61,629 nt of DNA, filler included, from Sphacelaria rigidula (GCA_964200075.2; 6 parts of 6 records of this genome joined end to end with filler, not necessarily neighbours in it), one strand, 5' to 3'; shown: positions 12,054 to 23,919, counted from the first letter of the whole stretch. Translations and numbers: made by a program. The notes: generated from the letters alone by a model not told the origin.

Positions 12054-13604
12054 CTGCAGATATTATGAAGCCACCAGTTCGCGGGCGGGGACATCCAGTT
12101 TAGGTTTAGCGAAAAGCCCGCTGGGGTGGTGGGGAACGACTGGTGAATATGAGTTTTTCTCGGACATGCAACATCGAACCAAGCAGCGGGGGAGTGGCGA
12201 TAGGAGGGTGCACGTTAGAGACAACCAACTTGCATAGAGTTGTTTCCGCGTACCATGGGTAGGGCAATCTCACGCAGCACGCTTCAAGCCTTCGAATTTT
12301 GTAGGAAGTGGGTCTTTATACTGGACAGCTCATTCGTCACACAAAACAGATATACCGCTGAAATATGAATCGGATACAGTGCGCGCAATGTTGAGCTCAT
12401 GTGAGCGAAGGGGCGGACGGAAAGTAGACCATGCGTCCTCCCTCCGCCGTAAAGAGTACAATTTTCTTTTGCCGCCCGAAGAAAGCGCTAAATTTCCACT
12501 ATACGTGGAACAATAGAGTGCATATTTTTCCCCGCACGCTGAATAAGTGAAGCATCCCTGCGCGTCCAATCCCTTGGCCTGTCAAACGTGTCAACCGATG
12601 GAATCGGCATCATGCTCACTTGAAGAATCGCTGTCAGACTCATGTGTCATATCTGAGGGGGTTGCAAGGGGGAAACAGCTGACGTGAAAGCCATCCTTCC
12701 ATCCCCAGGACGTTGCGTTCAGAGACTCAATCCCTGACCGGTGCGATTCAGTTCAGCAACCAATATGGAAGCTTGGATTGAACAAAACACGTAGCATTCC
12801 CATTTTTCACTATTGCGAATAAAGCGTGTATCTGGCAAACATTATTCAACAGACACGCTTACATGTACTCGAGTTCTTGGGCGAAATCGCAAGCTTACCG
12901 GCGATGAAAATCAATATTTACATAACACGCTTTCAACAGTTACTCAATAACTTATACTCCAAGTGACGCATACTACTACTGTCCGACAAGCCGAATAGAA
13001 CACCCGACACGCTGAGCAACGCGCCGACAAGCAGACGAAACATAGGACAGACCGCGTTCCACCATGAGGTTGGTTGCAGTGCCATGCACCCCAGGTTGCA
13101 GTGTTCATGCTACGGATGGGAAAAAGCTCAGCACATTTCCATACTTCCGACATAAACCGTGGTCGACTGCGTAGACTAGAATGTCTCGTAGAGCTCGAAA
13201 ACGGTACCAGCTATACCTGGCCATTATCATTATAATGGTAATAATGGTGTTTATATGAAAATTTTGGATAATGATTACAAAACATTATTTTTTTTTGTTG
13301 AGCGTTACCGGCTCTACTGGACGTTACCGGCTACGTATGCTACACACAGCCCGTGAAAATGGACCTAGATCGAACGTATTATTTAGCTCTAGTAAAGCCA
13401 AATCACGTAAAAGCTTGCCTCCGGCACGACACCTGCTAGGCAGGGCTTCTGCCGGGGGGGGGGGGGGGGGGAGTTTGGGGGCGCGGGGCGGCGGCCCTCG
13501 GTGACCACACAACCATGCACCACTGAGGGANNNNNNNNNNAAACTCATTATTTTCTTTTCTCAACAAAAACCAACCCCGCCGCCGCCCCCCCCCCCCGCC
13601 ACCA

Positions 13605-13651
<47 letters not shown>

Positions 13652-13714
13652 ACTTGTTGGCTCGCGGCTGCGCCGCTCGATGACCAAACCATCATGCACC
13701 ACTGAGTGATGCTA

Positions 13715-13949
13715 CAGTAGGGGTGCACAAATATTTTCTGAGCTCAAAATTGTTAGGAGCCCTTCATCTCATGCAAAACACGATCTATGAAAATATGTCA
13801 GAGTACGCCAGGATTACTACTCCAATGTGCTGGGGACATCCCGAGTGAATTTGCGAACGGGGATGCCCTGACCCCTATTTTTGTGCATCTAGAATCGTTA
13901 GGAGCCCATAAACTAGATATAATTTCGCGAAAAAAGTGCACCCCTACCG
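13715..13949. mobile_element. MITE, Tc1/mariner type (235 bp, TA target-site duplication)
   Basis: TA|CAGTAGGGGTGCAC ... GTGCACCCCTACCG|TA, within the palindromic target ATGC-TA-GCAT. Confidence 0.8.
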
Positions 13950-14046
13950 TAGCATTGCTCCACTGAACTGGTTAATGAGTGCGCTACGCGTGGTCATTCA
14001 ACTGGTTCATGGTAAAACAAACCATTTCCTAGCTCTCATGTCTCAC

Positions 14047-14190
14047 CTGTAGTAGTCATCCTGGCCGCGGACGCCGGACCAAGCCTCTTGGTATCCCTTG
14101 ACAAGAATAGCGAGGTCTCCCCTGGTGAAACCACCATCACGGTAGACGTGTACGCTGCCGCCGGAACTGTGATTTCCGGACGGTGCCTGC
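14047..14190 (-). CDS. AAA+ ATPase gene, N-terminal region exon
   Basis: Acceptor tgttgttcag (or 4 nt further, gcag), donor AG|gtgaga at phase 2; APSGNHSSGGSVHVYRDGGFTRGDLAILVKGYQEAWSGVRGQDDYYR. Confidence 0.7.
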
Positions 14191-14400
14191 CTGAACAACA
14201 GACTCCCTGTACGATCCTGTGTATAAAGAGGAGGGATTGTTCAACACATTAATAGCAAGACAAACAAGAACGGACACGATACAAGCGCCGACGGAACCCA
14301 CCGCAGTAGCTCCTACCGACCCATCATACGTACAGAGGCGGTCGTCCTAAACAAATTGCGATCAACTGCAAAACAAACTCGCTTATGTGAATGCTTGCAC

Positions 14401-14456
14401 CAGTGCCGTGCGGTCTTCGCTGACGAGGCGGCTTAGATCCATGTCATCGAGCACAC
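14401..14456 (-). CDS. Candidate small exon of the AAA+ gene (phase 1-0)
   Basis: cctaag|GT...CTG|gtgcaa; VLDDMDLSRLVSEDRTAL; phases fit both neighbours. Confidence 0.5.
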
Positions 14457-14902
14457 CTTAGGAACGGAGACCGTAGGGATCGTCATGGGACTCAAGTCCT
14501 CTCCTTCCGTGGTTTGTGCGGAGTAAATTGAGATTTTGTCGCGATCATTTTTCAGTCGTCACACCTTCAAAACTCCAATATGTACTCCCTTGGAAACCGT
14601 CAACGTCTACAGCACGATCAGCTTGGTACAGAGATGCGCACCGCTTTTCATCAATCAAGTAAAGCACTGCAAGCGTGTCTCCTGGCTTTGCCGCCACCAC
14701 CTACATTCCATCACAGCCTTTTTCTGCGATATAGCGCGTAATAACCGAAGCGTGCAAGCACCCCAACCTCCCCAACCTTCGGGATAACACACATTTTTGT
14801 GACCGGTGGTTGTGAGAAATGTACACACCGCCCATCTTGCTTCGGAGCATCAAAACAGCGGCAACGCCACACTGCTCAGGGTACAAAATAGTTCACATTC
14901 AC

Positions 14903-14950
14903 GTGCTTCTTTCCGTTCCACGTTGAGCTGAAGCTTCAGCGATGCCACAT
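14903..14950 (-). CDS. Candidate small exon of the AAA+ gene (phase 1-1)
   Basis: cgtttcgcag|AT...C|gtgaat; DVASLKLQLNVERKEAR. Confidence 0.5.
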
Positions 14951-15189
14951 CTGCGAAACGATTCCTGACGGTCAAGTCGATGCTTTATGGTTTCACCTGT
15001 ACGCCACACAGGCACATGTATTTACATTTCGTCTTTAAACGCCAACTGGCGATCACTTGTGGTCTCATCCGCCGTACAAAATCCGTTTCGTGCGGCACAC
15101 GTCACAGAATAATTACCGACCTACGCCTGCATACTCGTACCGGTGTATCGCCTTTGCAAATACTGCACGGTAAAACATGTGTACAGTAC

Positions 15190-15249
15190 CTTGTAGCAGA
15201 AACCGATCGATGGTCCAGGCTTCCCCACCACCGGCTTCACCTCCAGCAC
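15190..15249 (-). CDS. Candidate small exon of the AAA+ gene (60 nt)
   Basis: ctgtctag|GT...AAG|gtactg; the phase-1 reading GAGGEAGGGEAWTIDRFLLQ fits the next exon. Confidence 0.5.
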
Positions 15250-15329
15250 CTAGACAGCCCATTGCACACACACAATAACGGTAAACAACGCACATTAACT
15301 ACGGCATTGCCGTCAAAAGGACAAGGATG

Positions 15330-15590
15330 TGTTGGGTACGGTAAGTGCCCGGGTATTGACTCTCCGGAATTTCGTGTTGCGATGATCCGATCTTCAAACT
15401 CTACCCAAATACTTCATATTGGATAAAGTTACGTACGATAGAATCACTCTACCCAATATCTCGGTATCGTTGACTACGGTCTCAATAGCCTACCCAAATG
15501 TTGGGTGTTGCTCAGAGTACGATGTTTTAAAATACCTGAAGAATGTGGAAAAATACCCAATATAAAATACCCTTGGAAAATATCTCGAAA
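15330..15590 (+). repeat. Dispersed repeat R3, inverted copy at ~26020-26242
   Basis: TGTTGGGTACG, ATCTTCAAACTCTACC and CTCAGAGTACGAT have collinear reverse-complement matches in 26020-26242. Confidence 0.7.
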
Positions 15591-16056
15591 ACGTCGTGGG
15601 CGTTTCGGCTAACTGCCAACATCTGTGAATCGGCCAGGTACGGAACAAGCCGGCGTTGACTACACGGTATATAGGTTTCCCGAACGACCGACGCTCGGAA
15701 CACGAAAACATTGCGTACCAAGAAAACACAAACATCTACGAGAGAAAAATGACACGACGGTACCGGAGCGATTGACTCATCGCGCAGTGACGAATCTGCC
15801 ACAAATTCAGTAGCGGTCGAAACATGGAAGTACCCAAGATGAAGTACACCCAAAATTCTCTGAATAACGCCAAATCAAAACACGCAAGCACAGTGGCTGC
15901 GCGCCCGGTTAAATTTAAGCAAGCATAGGGGGGGAGGGAGGAGGGGGGGAGTCCACGTCCAGGATTCCTCATATCTTTTACAAGCCCGAAATGCGCCTTC
16001 CTACAGCTCCTTGAAAAATAGCACCGTGTGGATAAAAGCTATACGATTATCTTCAC

Positions 16057-16386
16057 CTGATCTCCCGAAGCCATAGCACCGAGAATTCGTAGAATATTCG
16101 CCGATCGCGGCAGGAAAAACCCTGCGCTCAAAGTGGCCGTTCCCGGCGGCACTGTGGATGGATCTTGCTCTTGCCGAAAGTCCACCGCAGGACACCCCAC
16201 ACCCTGATGCGACACGGCATCCACAGCGGGGGAGGGAGGGAATAGTACTTTGAATGCCGTACGTAGCTGACAGAGTCGTTGCCACGCGTCCACTGTAGGA
16301 TATAAACCACCATCTGTTCTCAGTAGATCGAGGACCGATGCCCGACATGCCGTTCCTACTGCGCATGAACGGGCCCCAACATGCAT
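16057..16386 (-). CDS. Candidate N-terminal exon(s) of the AAA+ gene; boundaries uncertain
   Basis: Open frame ...LLRTDGGLYPTVDAWQRLCQLR...FFLPRSANILRILG; possible donors at 16057 (CAG|gtgaag) or 16080 (phase 1). Confidence 0.4.
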
Positions 16387-17169
16387 CTGACTGTATCTTA
16401 TCGCCAACGCAGGGGATTGTGCTAGCTGAAACCAGCAGTGTGTGGATATCCGATTGTTTTTCTTCTCGAGACGCGCTACGTCAGCGTTCGTCTCAAAAGA
16501 AATGTGTCGACTGGTTGGGACATGATCCGGAATCCTAAGAATGCGGCAGCACCGAGATACGCAAGTAATGTTTGCACCAACACAACACAGCTGTCCTCAA
16601 CACAGTAACACGAAGCAAGTATAGCAGCTGTGTTCGAAAGACCAGCAGGGTTGAGCTGACGGCGTCTGTCGTGAAAACATCATGGGTGATGTATCTGTCA
16701 CGAAAACACATATATGGGATACTCACAGTTGCTCAAGAAATAGTACATCGAGCCACATGACACACTCAAAGCGGGTTTAAAAATCAGGTACGTATTCTTT
16801 GTATGACCTTGACTCACAACACCATTAATCACGGACCCTCAACCGGATGGATCAGTGTTCGCACATTAGCCATCACCGACCGGCAATCCCCCTTTCCTCT
16901 CCCGAGTATCGGCCTCAATTACGTTCGAATCTATTCTTTAATCGAAAACGTGCCCTTATTGGAGTGTGGGCCATAGATGAAACTTCGTGAGCTGTGACAT
17001 ACTCCCGCTGTAATTGGCGACTAAGCGTGCAAGGTTGCTTCAGTGTAGCTCCGGTGTACATATCGCAAGCCGACTCTCATGCAGAGATGGTGATCAACGT
17101 TTCAGTAGTGTCCACCACTTGATCGATTAGAACCTTCCCGGAATTTTATTACTTGATTTGAGTCTGAAC

Positions 17170-17385
17170 ATCGATATTCGGATCTTGAGCGAGGCTGACA
17201 GCCCTAACTGCCACTCGCGTGCGCAGAACATGTTTTCGTCAAAATCGGCGCCTTCGGCGCGGTTTCGAGGTCTGTCAACGCCACACTTTACCTCGGAAAC
17301 GCTTCACACACCCCTCGCCCGGGGGTCCTCGATATGCCTTGGGTTGGGGTTGGGGTTAGGGTTGGGGTTAGCGTTAGCGTGAGCG
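17170..17385 (+). repeat. Repeat module M: GGCGCC hairpin followed by degenerate telomere-like tract
   Basis: AAAATCGGCGCCTTCGGCGCGGTTT...TATGCCTTGGGTTGGGGTTGGGGTTAGGGTTGGGGTTAGCG; homologous to 44250-44430 and 58790-59000 (+), 43370-43530 and 59160-59320 (-). Confidence 0.75.
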
Positions 17386-19899
17386 TTATTCGAAAAAAAT
17401 ATGTTTCCGATAAATTTCTTCATCGACCAAGTGGTGAACACACCTCCAACGTGGTGCTAGCTGCAGAACATGTGTGAGGTTCATGTGGCGGTTCTGCCGT
17501 TTGTTAACACAACCAACTTTGACCGTTGGATACAAGCAGTGCTATCGTGTCTGAATTGATAGGAGCAACGTGAACTTTTCAGAGTGTTGTCTTGAAGATA
17601 TACTCGCCTGCAAAACATGTTTGTTGAAATTAAAAAAAAAAAAGGACGAAAGAGAAGTAGAAAAGCGAATTTGGTCAAGCTAATGCTGGGGAAGAATTGC
17701 CGAAGCCGTTGCTGGAAAAGTGTGGGATGTGGCTGGAGGCTCAAGATGTAGCACTTTTGACCCGACAAAGGAAAAGCGAATCCAGTGCGATACAACATGC
17801 CAGTAGGTTTCAATACCGTAGAGGTGGGTTTGGAGTAGAACTCGACGTCAATTTCGTTCAACAGGAGCAAACGCAGTCTTCGCTGGAATGCTGTGGGTTG
17901 TGGCTGAACTAGAAATCTGTGGGTGCTTCTCGAGGAACGAGTACTGATGGGGTGTGTTGCTCTTTGCACGTACGGCGACGCTTGTCACAGGGGAGCGGTC
18001 ACGAGTCGATGGAACTGGACTGTGCAAAAAATGTGACGCACTCTCCGTCTGTACAAATAAACCCAGCGCGTTGCCCTAGCAGAGTTGACGCGGAAGTAGC
18101 AGACAACTTGCGCTGGGATTACGATGAACAATTGGGGGGGGGGGGGGGGGGGGGGTTCCAGACCAACACGCCCCGTATTTTTTGTTGGCGCCCATGTATT
18201 CTTCAGGTCAGAAAAAGAGGTGAAGGATTTTTGTGTTCGCGTGAGAAGCATTTTTTATTCCGGTGTGTTAGCTAAATTGGTTTTGATTCATCGATTCATT
18301 ATCGCAGCGATGGACAAGGAAGTGCTGAAAACCGCCCTCCATGACATGCTACCGAGACTCCCCCTTTCTGAAGAGTACAACCGAGGAGGCCGCAGTGGAG
18401 ACATGGTGTGAGCAGCGGCTACAGCGTGGGAGATTACGATGCGGCGTACACACGGGGATCGAACAACCTACGGTTCGCGGTACAGTGCGACATGCCAGGA
18501 GAACCCAGCAGCGTGTCTCGAGCCTGTATCAACAGCACCTGTGGCTGTTCATCTGCTGAGCTTGGTGTTGACAGGCTGACCCGCTACTGATCTAAACTAA
18601 GCTTAAACATTTGAATACCTTTGGGTACGACACGGTATCATCCGACTTTCGCCTCAATCGCACTACACTGTACTGTACCACTTCGATGCATCGCTCCAGC
18701 ACAGTAGTCTGAAGGCAGCCATACGCAGTGCACCGCACTACACTGTACAACAGGAGGTATAGACATCACTGCCCCATGGCCCACAGCGAAGTTGGGTCCA
18801 GCATGAAGTTTGATTCAACCACGTACAATCTGATCACGTAGCCGTCTCTTACACGCATGTAGACATCAGCACTTAATCAATCGGGCCTCTTCCTCACATT
18901 GTGATATTTTCATATCCCGAAACCTAGCATCATGACCGTACCACTTACTAAGGTTTCCAGCAAAGGGAAGCTGGTTGTACCTACTGGTAGTCGTGATTCT
19001 TTGCAAGCAAGTCTTACATCAGACCTCTCAGAGCTAGAGCGGATAGATGCTCGCGCGAGCGGGAAATAGCAGCAGGTCATACAAGGTGGTGGTCTACAGT
19101 TCATCGAACTGTGGACGCGTGAGAACCGTTTACTAGCATGAACCAAATTCAACACATACTTCACGGGGGCATATCCCAACTGAGGAATGGCATCTGCGAG
19201 GGTACCAATGATTGTGGTACACCCTCCTACGCAAGATGGATTGTGGGGATGGTCGCGGCTGCTGACTCGAGTGTCATCGCGGCTATTCGTTGACAGGATG
19301 CTACAAGCGGCTTTATGTGTAGTGGGTGACAGCTGTCGGTGACCGACTACCATCACATCTCCAGCACAACACCATTATGGAGGTACTCATGATTTGACTT
19401 TCGTAAGACAAGCTGTATTAGATTCCCATGCATCATTACATAGGTCAAAGAAGTGTGGAAGAGGAGAAGCCAACACTCTCTTCTGTCATTGACTCCGGCA
19501 CGACCGCCGGGAAGCAAGATCGTGTACACACAGTCAGCGTGCGCGCCGCACAATCGCTACTCCACACCGCCTTCAGGCTCAAGACACAGCAGACAACCAA
19601 TTATTTTGAACGAAAACCTGAGGAGGGGGGGGGGGGTGATCATGATATCGGGAAGGCGAGGGGGGCGCTTCGGAGCCACTTCTTGCGCGAGGGGTACACT
19701 TCCGACTGTATCGCGAGCCGCGAATTTCATTTCAATGCTCTCGGTACCAACACAAGAGACGCTTTCACATCGCCCAACAACGTTTTCAGCCACATACAAG
19801 GGCGTGACGAGTGTGTTGAATTGTGTAGTACACCCATGAACCCCTTTTATTTCGTGCAAGCAACCCCATCTCCCCCCCTCCCCCCCATTTTAAATGAAG

Positions 19900-20142
19900 C
19901 ACCTCATTGTCGGTTGTCATCCTAACGCAAGATCATCGGTGGGCTTCGGGCCGAACAATCTTAGCAGGATGCCGCTCACCCTTCATGCGACTCGCCGGAC
20001 ATACCACGGCGCTTCGCGCTTGTGATTGAGTGCGAGCCTGGTCCGGGGAAACCCGGCGTGCTTCGTCCCATCTTTGTAGGGATGCGAGGTTATCCACCAG
20101 TCTGATGACTATGGCATGCATGCTCATGAGCACACACACCCT
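19900..20142 (-). repeat. Dispersed repeat R1 copy
   Basis: Reverse complement aligns with 27805-28050 (GCATCCCTACAAAG...CAAGCGCGAAGCGCCGTG...GCATGAAGGGTGAG...AGATTGTTCGGCCCGAAG). Confidence 0.85.
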
Positions 20143-20404
20143 CATCGCAAGATCACAAGGAGATGTCGCGGGGATATCATAAGAAAGGGAAGGATACCGA
20201 AAGACCCTCACCCACAGAGGGGGTTTGACACAGCACAGCTAGGACCTCCTCGGTTACGAAAAAAAACATCGACAAAGATACGAGCGGATGTTAACCAATC
20301 AACGCACCACGTCGGCAACCGTGTACTAAATCGTGGAATCGCCCCCCGGTTGTACCACCCGGTACAAGAGTATCGTGCAAAACATCGTACGATATTTTCA
20401 ACAA

Positions 20405-20478
20405 AGAGGTTGCCGTGGCACGCGGGAGTGCTGCAGGGAACGGAGAGGTTCATGACCTCATGGCACAGGAAGGAAGAG
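20405..20478 (+). mobile_element. Short LINE ORF C-terminal fragment at contig end
   Basis: WHAGVLQGTERFMTSWHRKEE resembles KWHIGVEKRAEEFEDT at the C-terminus of the contig-1 LINE (~3225-3275). Confidence 0.5.
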
Positions 20479-20578
20479 NNNNNNNNNNNNNNNNNNNNNN
20501 NNNNNNNNNNNNNNNNNNNNNNTTAATTAATTAANNNNNNNNNNNNNNNNNNNNNNNNNNNNNNNNNNNNNNNNNNNN
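20479..20578. other. Artificial 100-bp contig spacer
   Basis: N44-TTAATTAATTAA-N44. Confidence 0.99.
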
Positions 20579-21724
20579 GGAATTCCTAGGTTCTCGTTGT
20601 GCTCGGCCTTTCCCATTTCGATTTACGTAAAGATTTTGCCTCCCAAAACCATGCACTTTTTCGGGGGGGGCTATCGTAATAGGTGTCTGGTGCGATACCT
20701 GGCAGAACAATACGGTACGGCAAAGAAGACACGCCGTACTGCGTACCGTACGCGAACATCCCACAGTGCAAAGAAAGTCAGGATTACGGCCAAAAATCAC
20801 GGTAAGATCCCAACTTGTTTTTAGGGGGGGGGGGGAATCGCGGGGAAGAATGATATCAACGTTCTGATTTTGTTTTTCCCATGCTGACATTTTTTGTCCC
20901 AATAAGATACAGCCTTATTGTTCGTTAAGCGTATCGCTGTTGGTACTGTTATATATGCAAATGGGGGGGGGGGGTGAGTCTCCGAATTATGTCAGGTCGT
21001 TTGACGAAATTTCATCGACTGTAGACAACCCATCCTCGTTTCTTTTCTTCCATGTGGATACACTTGATTAAACACAACATCATGAGGAAGAGCAAATTGG
21101 CGTTGAAGCAACGACCTCCCTGCTCAGGCGCCACATACACGTCCACACCCCTGACAGGCTTTGTAAGATAACTTCTTTTCTTGTCAACTCTTCTAGCGTA
21201 CGCTGAAACTCTTCAAAAAACATGCTTTTTGCCGCCTGTTATGCCGAGCGTGGGACTTTCCTGGAAAGCAAATATCATATGCATTGTGATTTGAAGCACA
21301 CAACGCAAGAAACAGCGCTCGAATCGCCCTCGTGATCGACGAGATCGTCTCTGATTTAGCTGGTTCATCGGTGGACTCTCCCCAACAAGCCACCATCCCC
21401 CACGAGAGCTAATGAAATGAAACCCCGCAGACGGGACGGAGGCCGGGCAAAATGGGACAAGAGGTCTGAATCGGAGTCAATTTTTTTCTGTGTTGAAAAG
21501 TCACGAGTGTGCCAGGGTATAATGCACTCCGACAAATTAGTAACGTAGAAGCATTGCTGCTGTATACTCAGCCGCTCTAGGGACCCACGTTAGAGAGCTT
21601 GTCGTGTACTAGAACAGACAACACCACGGTGACTGTCTTGTGCTCCTCTGTTTCTTGGTTATGCAGAGTCTACGCTTTCCGCTACATGCCGTCTGCCGTC
21701 TGTACATCATCCCCGCACTGCCAC

Positions 21725-22660
21725 GAAGCTTCAGTGTTCTGTTCGCATGTATCGAATTGGCATAATTTAACTCGAAACATGAACGGGACCCAGGTGACCG
21801 ACCGTGGACTCCCAAGGGGTTCACTTTCAGAGCTGCGGGCAGGACGATTTCATGCTCTCCACAAGGTTTCTTGTAATGTGGTCGATGGTGATAGCCCTAA
21901 ATAATGAGAGCAATGGGGAGGAACGCAGGGAAGGAGGGGGAGAAGACAACAATCTACCAAACCGTACAGTCCTGCTTTGTACTGTGCCTTGTTAGCTTTG
22001 TCCCATCTATATCCAACCACCTTCAGGGCGAGTCGTCTGTTGTGGATTGGCATAAATTTGTCTTGAAAGATGAATGCAAGACCTAGGTTTCTCACCGTGG
22101 AGGCCGAAGGGTTCAATTTCAGAGCTAGGCGGAGGACGAATTCTCGCTCTTCGAAGGTTTCTTGTAATCTGGTCCATGGCGATACCCGCAGATCATAGAA
22201 GCAATGGGAAGGAACGCAGGGGGGGGGGAGAAGAGAATACAACACTCTACTGAACTGTATCGTACTGCATCGTACTGCATTGTCCTGTACTGTACTGTCT
22301 ATGCCTTGTTCAGTTTTGTCCATCTGTATTACAAGCACCTTCAGGGCGGGTCATTTGCTGTGCATTGCCATAATTTTGACTTGAAAGATGAACGCAAGAT
22401 ACGGATGGCCCACCATGGAGGCTCACAGGTTCAACGCTTTCCAAAGGTTTCGTGTAATCTGATCATTGGCGGTTCCCATAGAAGAAGGGAAGGAAGGCAG
22501 CGGGGGGAGAGATGAGACAACACTGCACTGTACCAGACAGCTTTTGCACTGCATCGTACTACTATTGCTGTTGTACTCTGTTTCCATTCGGGTTTGTTGA
22601 TAGTCACTCCGAGGGTAGGTCATGTGCATCGAATAATATTGACTTGAAAAATGAATCATC
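21725..22660 (+). repeat. Diverged tandem repeat, ~300-bp unit, three copies plus a partial fourth
   Basis: Units start CTTCAG at ~21729, 22021 and 22339 and share TTG(G/C)CATAA.TT...GAAA.ATGAA and AAGGTTTC.TGTAAT.TG.TC, followed by a purine-rich run. Confidence 0.8.
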
Positions 22661-23329
22661 AGTGCGGCCATGAGCACTGCAACTGCGGGAGTGTGTGTAG
22701 CGTGCGCAGATGGCCTTCTGGGGTTCTCTTGGAACCGAGCGGACGGATCCATTGTTTCTTACTGGCTAGCTTGATTTGTTCATCAGGAAGAGCCAGGACA
22801 GTTTTTAGGAAGAAAGCCTCCTATATGATTTGTAAGCGATTCGCACATCTAACTTTGGCGCATGTGGCGCACAGGCTGCTGATCGATAGATCGATTGATT
22901 AGTTGCTGTACACGAACTCATCCCCGATGAATGTAGCCGTGGTCATTAGACAGACGTACTCGAGGCTAGAGGAAACTCGTGAAGGGGGGAGGGCGGAGGG
23001 GAGGGGGGCAGGAAGTACGGAGCAGACGGAGTGAACTGAACGAAAACAAGTAGACAGCAAAATACAAGAAACTGAAGCAAGAGAGGAAAATACACCGTAC
23101 GCGAGATTTGCAGCATGTCTTTTTTGGAGGGGCCGGGGGGGGGGCGAACGTCTTCATTCTTACGTGGCTCTACGTATGTTCAGGGTGGAAAGAGGCATTA
23201 TCATTATCATCACCATCTAGCATGTTGTTATCCAGTTCGTATCTAAGGTACTACTCAGATCCGCAATCAACCGCTCTCAATTTTGTTTTTCTGATCGCGT
23301 CTGTGTGAATTTTTCTTGGTCCGATTTCA

Positions 23330-23482
23330 ATTTTTTTCTTGTTTTTTACCCTATTCAGAGGTAGATAGCCTGTGACCACGGAAGGCGTCCGCATCAGATG
23401 CCCAGTACAGTGTACTGCGCAGATATCGCAGCGATTTTCGATGTGAAGACAACCACAACAGCAGCAGCAACAACAACAACAA
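23330..23482 (+). mobile_element. Retroposon 3' end with (CAA/GCA)n tail; related copy at ~2180-2245
   Basis: TAGC.TGTGACCACGGAAGGCGTC.GCATCAGAT shared by both loci; simple-repeat tail at 23448-23482. Confidence 0.6.
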
Positions 23483-23710
23483 CATGGTATCCGATTTTTT
23501 TCATCACCATCGAAAAATGGCACATTTTACATGGGACAGTTTCGATTCAGCAGCCGGGTCCAATGTCGATTAGGCTGACAATATTCCCGCAGCTTAATTT
23601 TCATCTTCACCTTTTCATAGTCGAAGACCTCATCTATGACGCCAAGAGTCACGTCAGCCAATTGATTGCCCATACCCCGACCGGCGATCCTGATCGTGAT
23701 GTACGTCCAG

Positions 23711-23888
23711 GGACGTTGTCAGGAGGTACAAGGACAGCAAGGAATTGTCGCCTCTGTTTTGCCTGGAGACCAGCTGCTTACTTGTCGAGGTGGCGTGGCA
23801 AGCCTACTATGATCCGCACAGGGTAAACCTGGCGGACTTTGTTGCGCCAGGGCGGCAAGAGCTCGGTTACCTAGGGCTATCGCTGGTG
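23711..23888 (+). CDS. Class 3 lipase (Lipase_3) gene, exon (phase 2-0)
   Basis: Acceptor gtccag|G, donor GTG|gtgagt; DVVRRYKDSKELSPLFCLETSCLLVEVAWQAYYDPHR...LGLSLV, the helix ending in AY that opens class 3 lipase domains. Confidence 0.85.
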
Positions 23889-23919
23889 GTGAGTAATGAG
23901 CATGCTCTACAGAACCGCC

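Noticed and set aside
13436..13702. Poly-Pro/Gly ORFs or G-quadruplex elements
   Set aside because: They derive from homopolymer G runs next to N gaps with signs of sequencing error.
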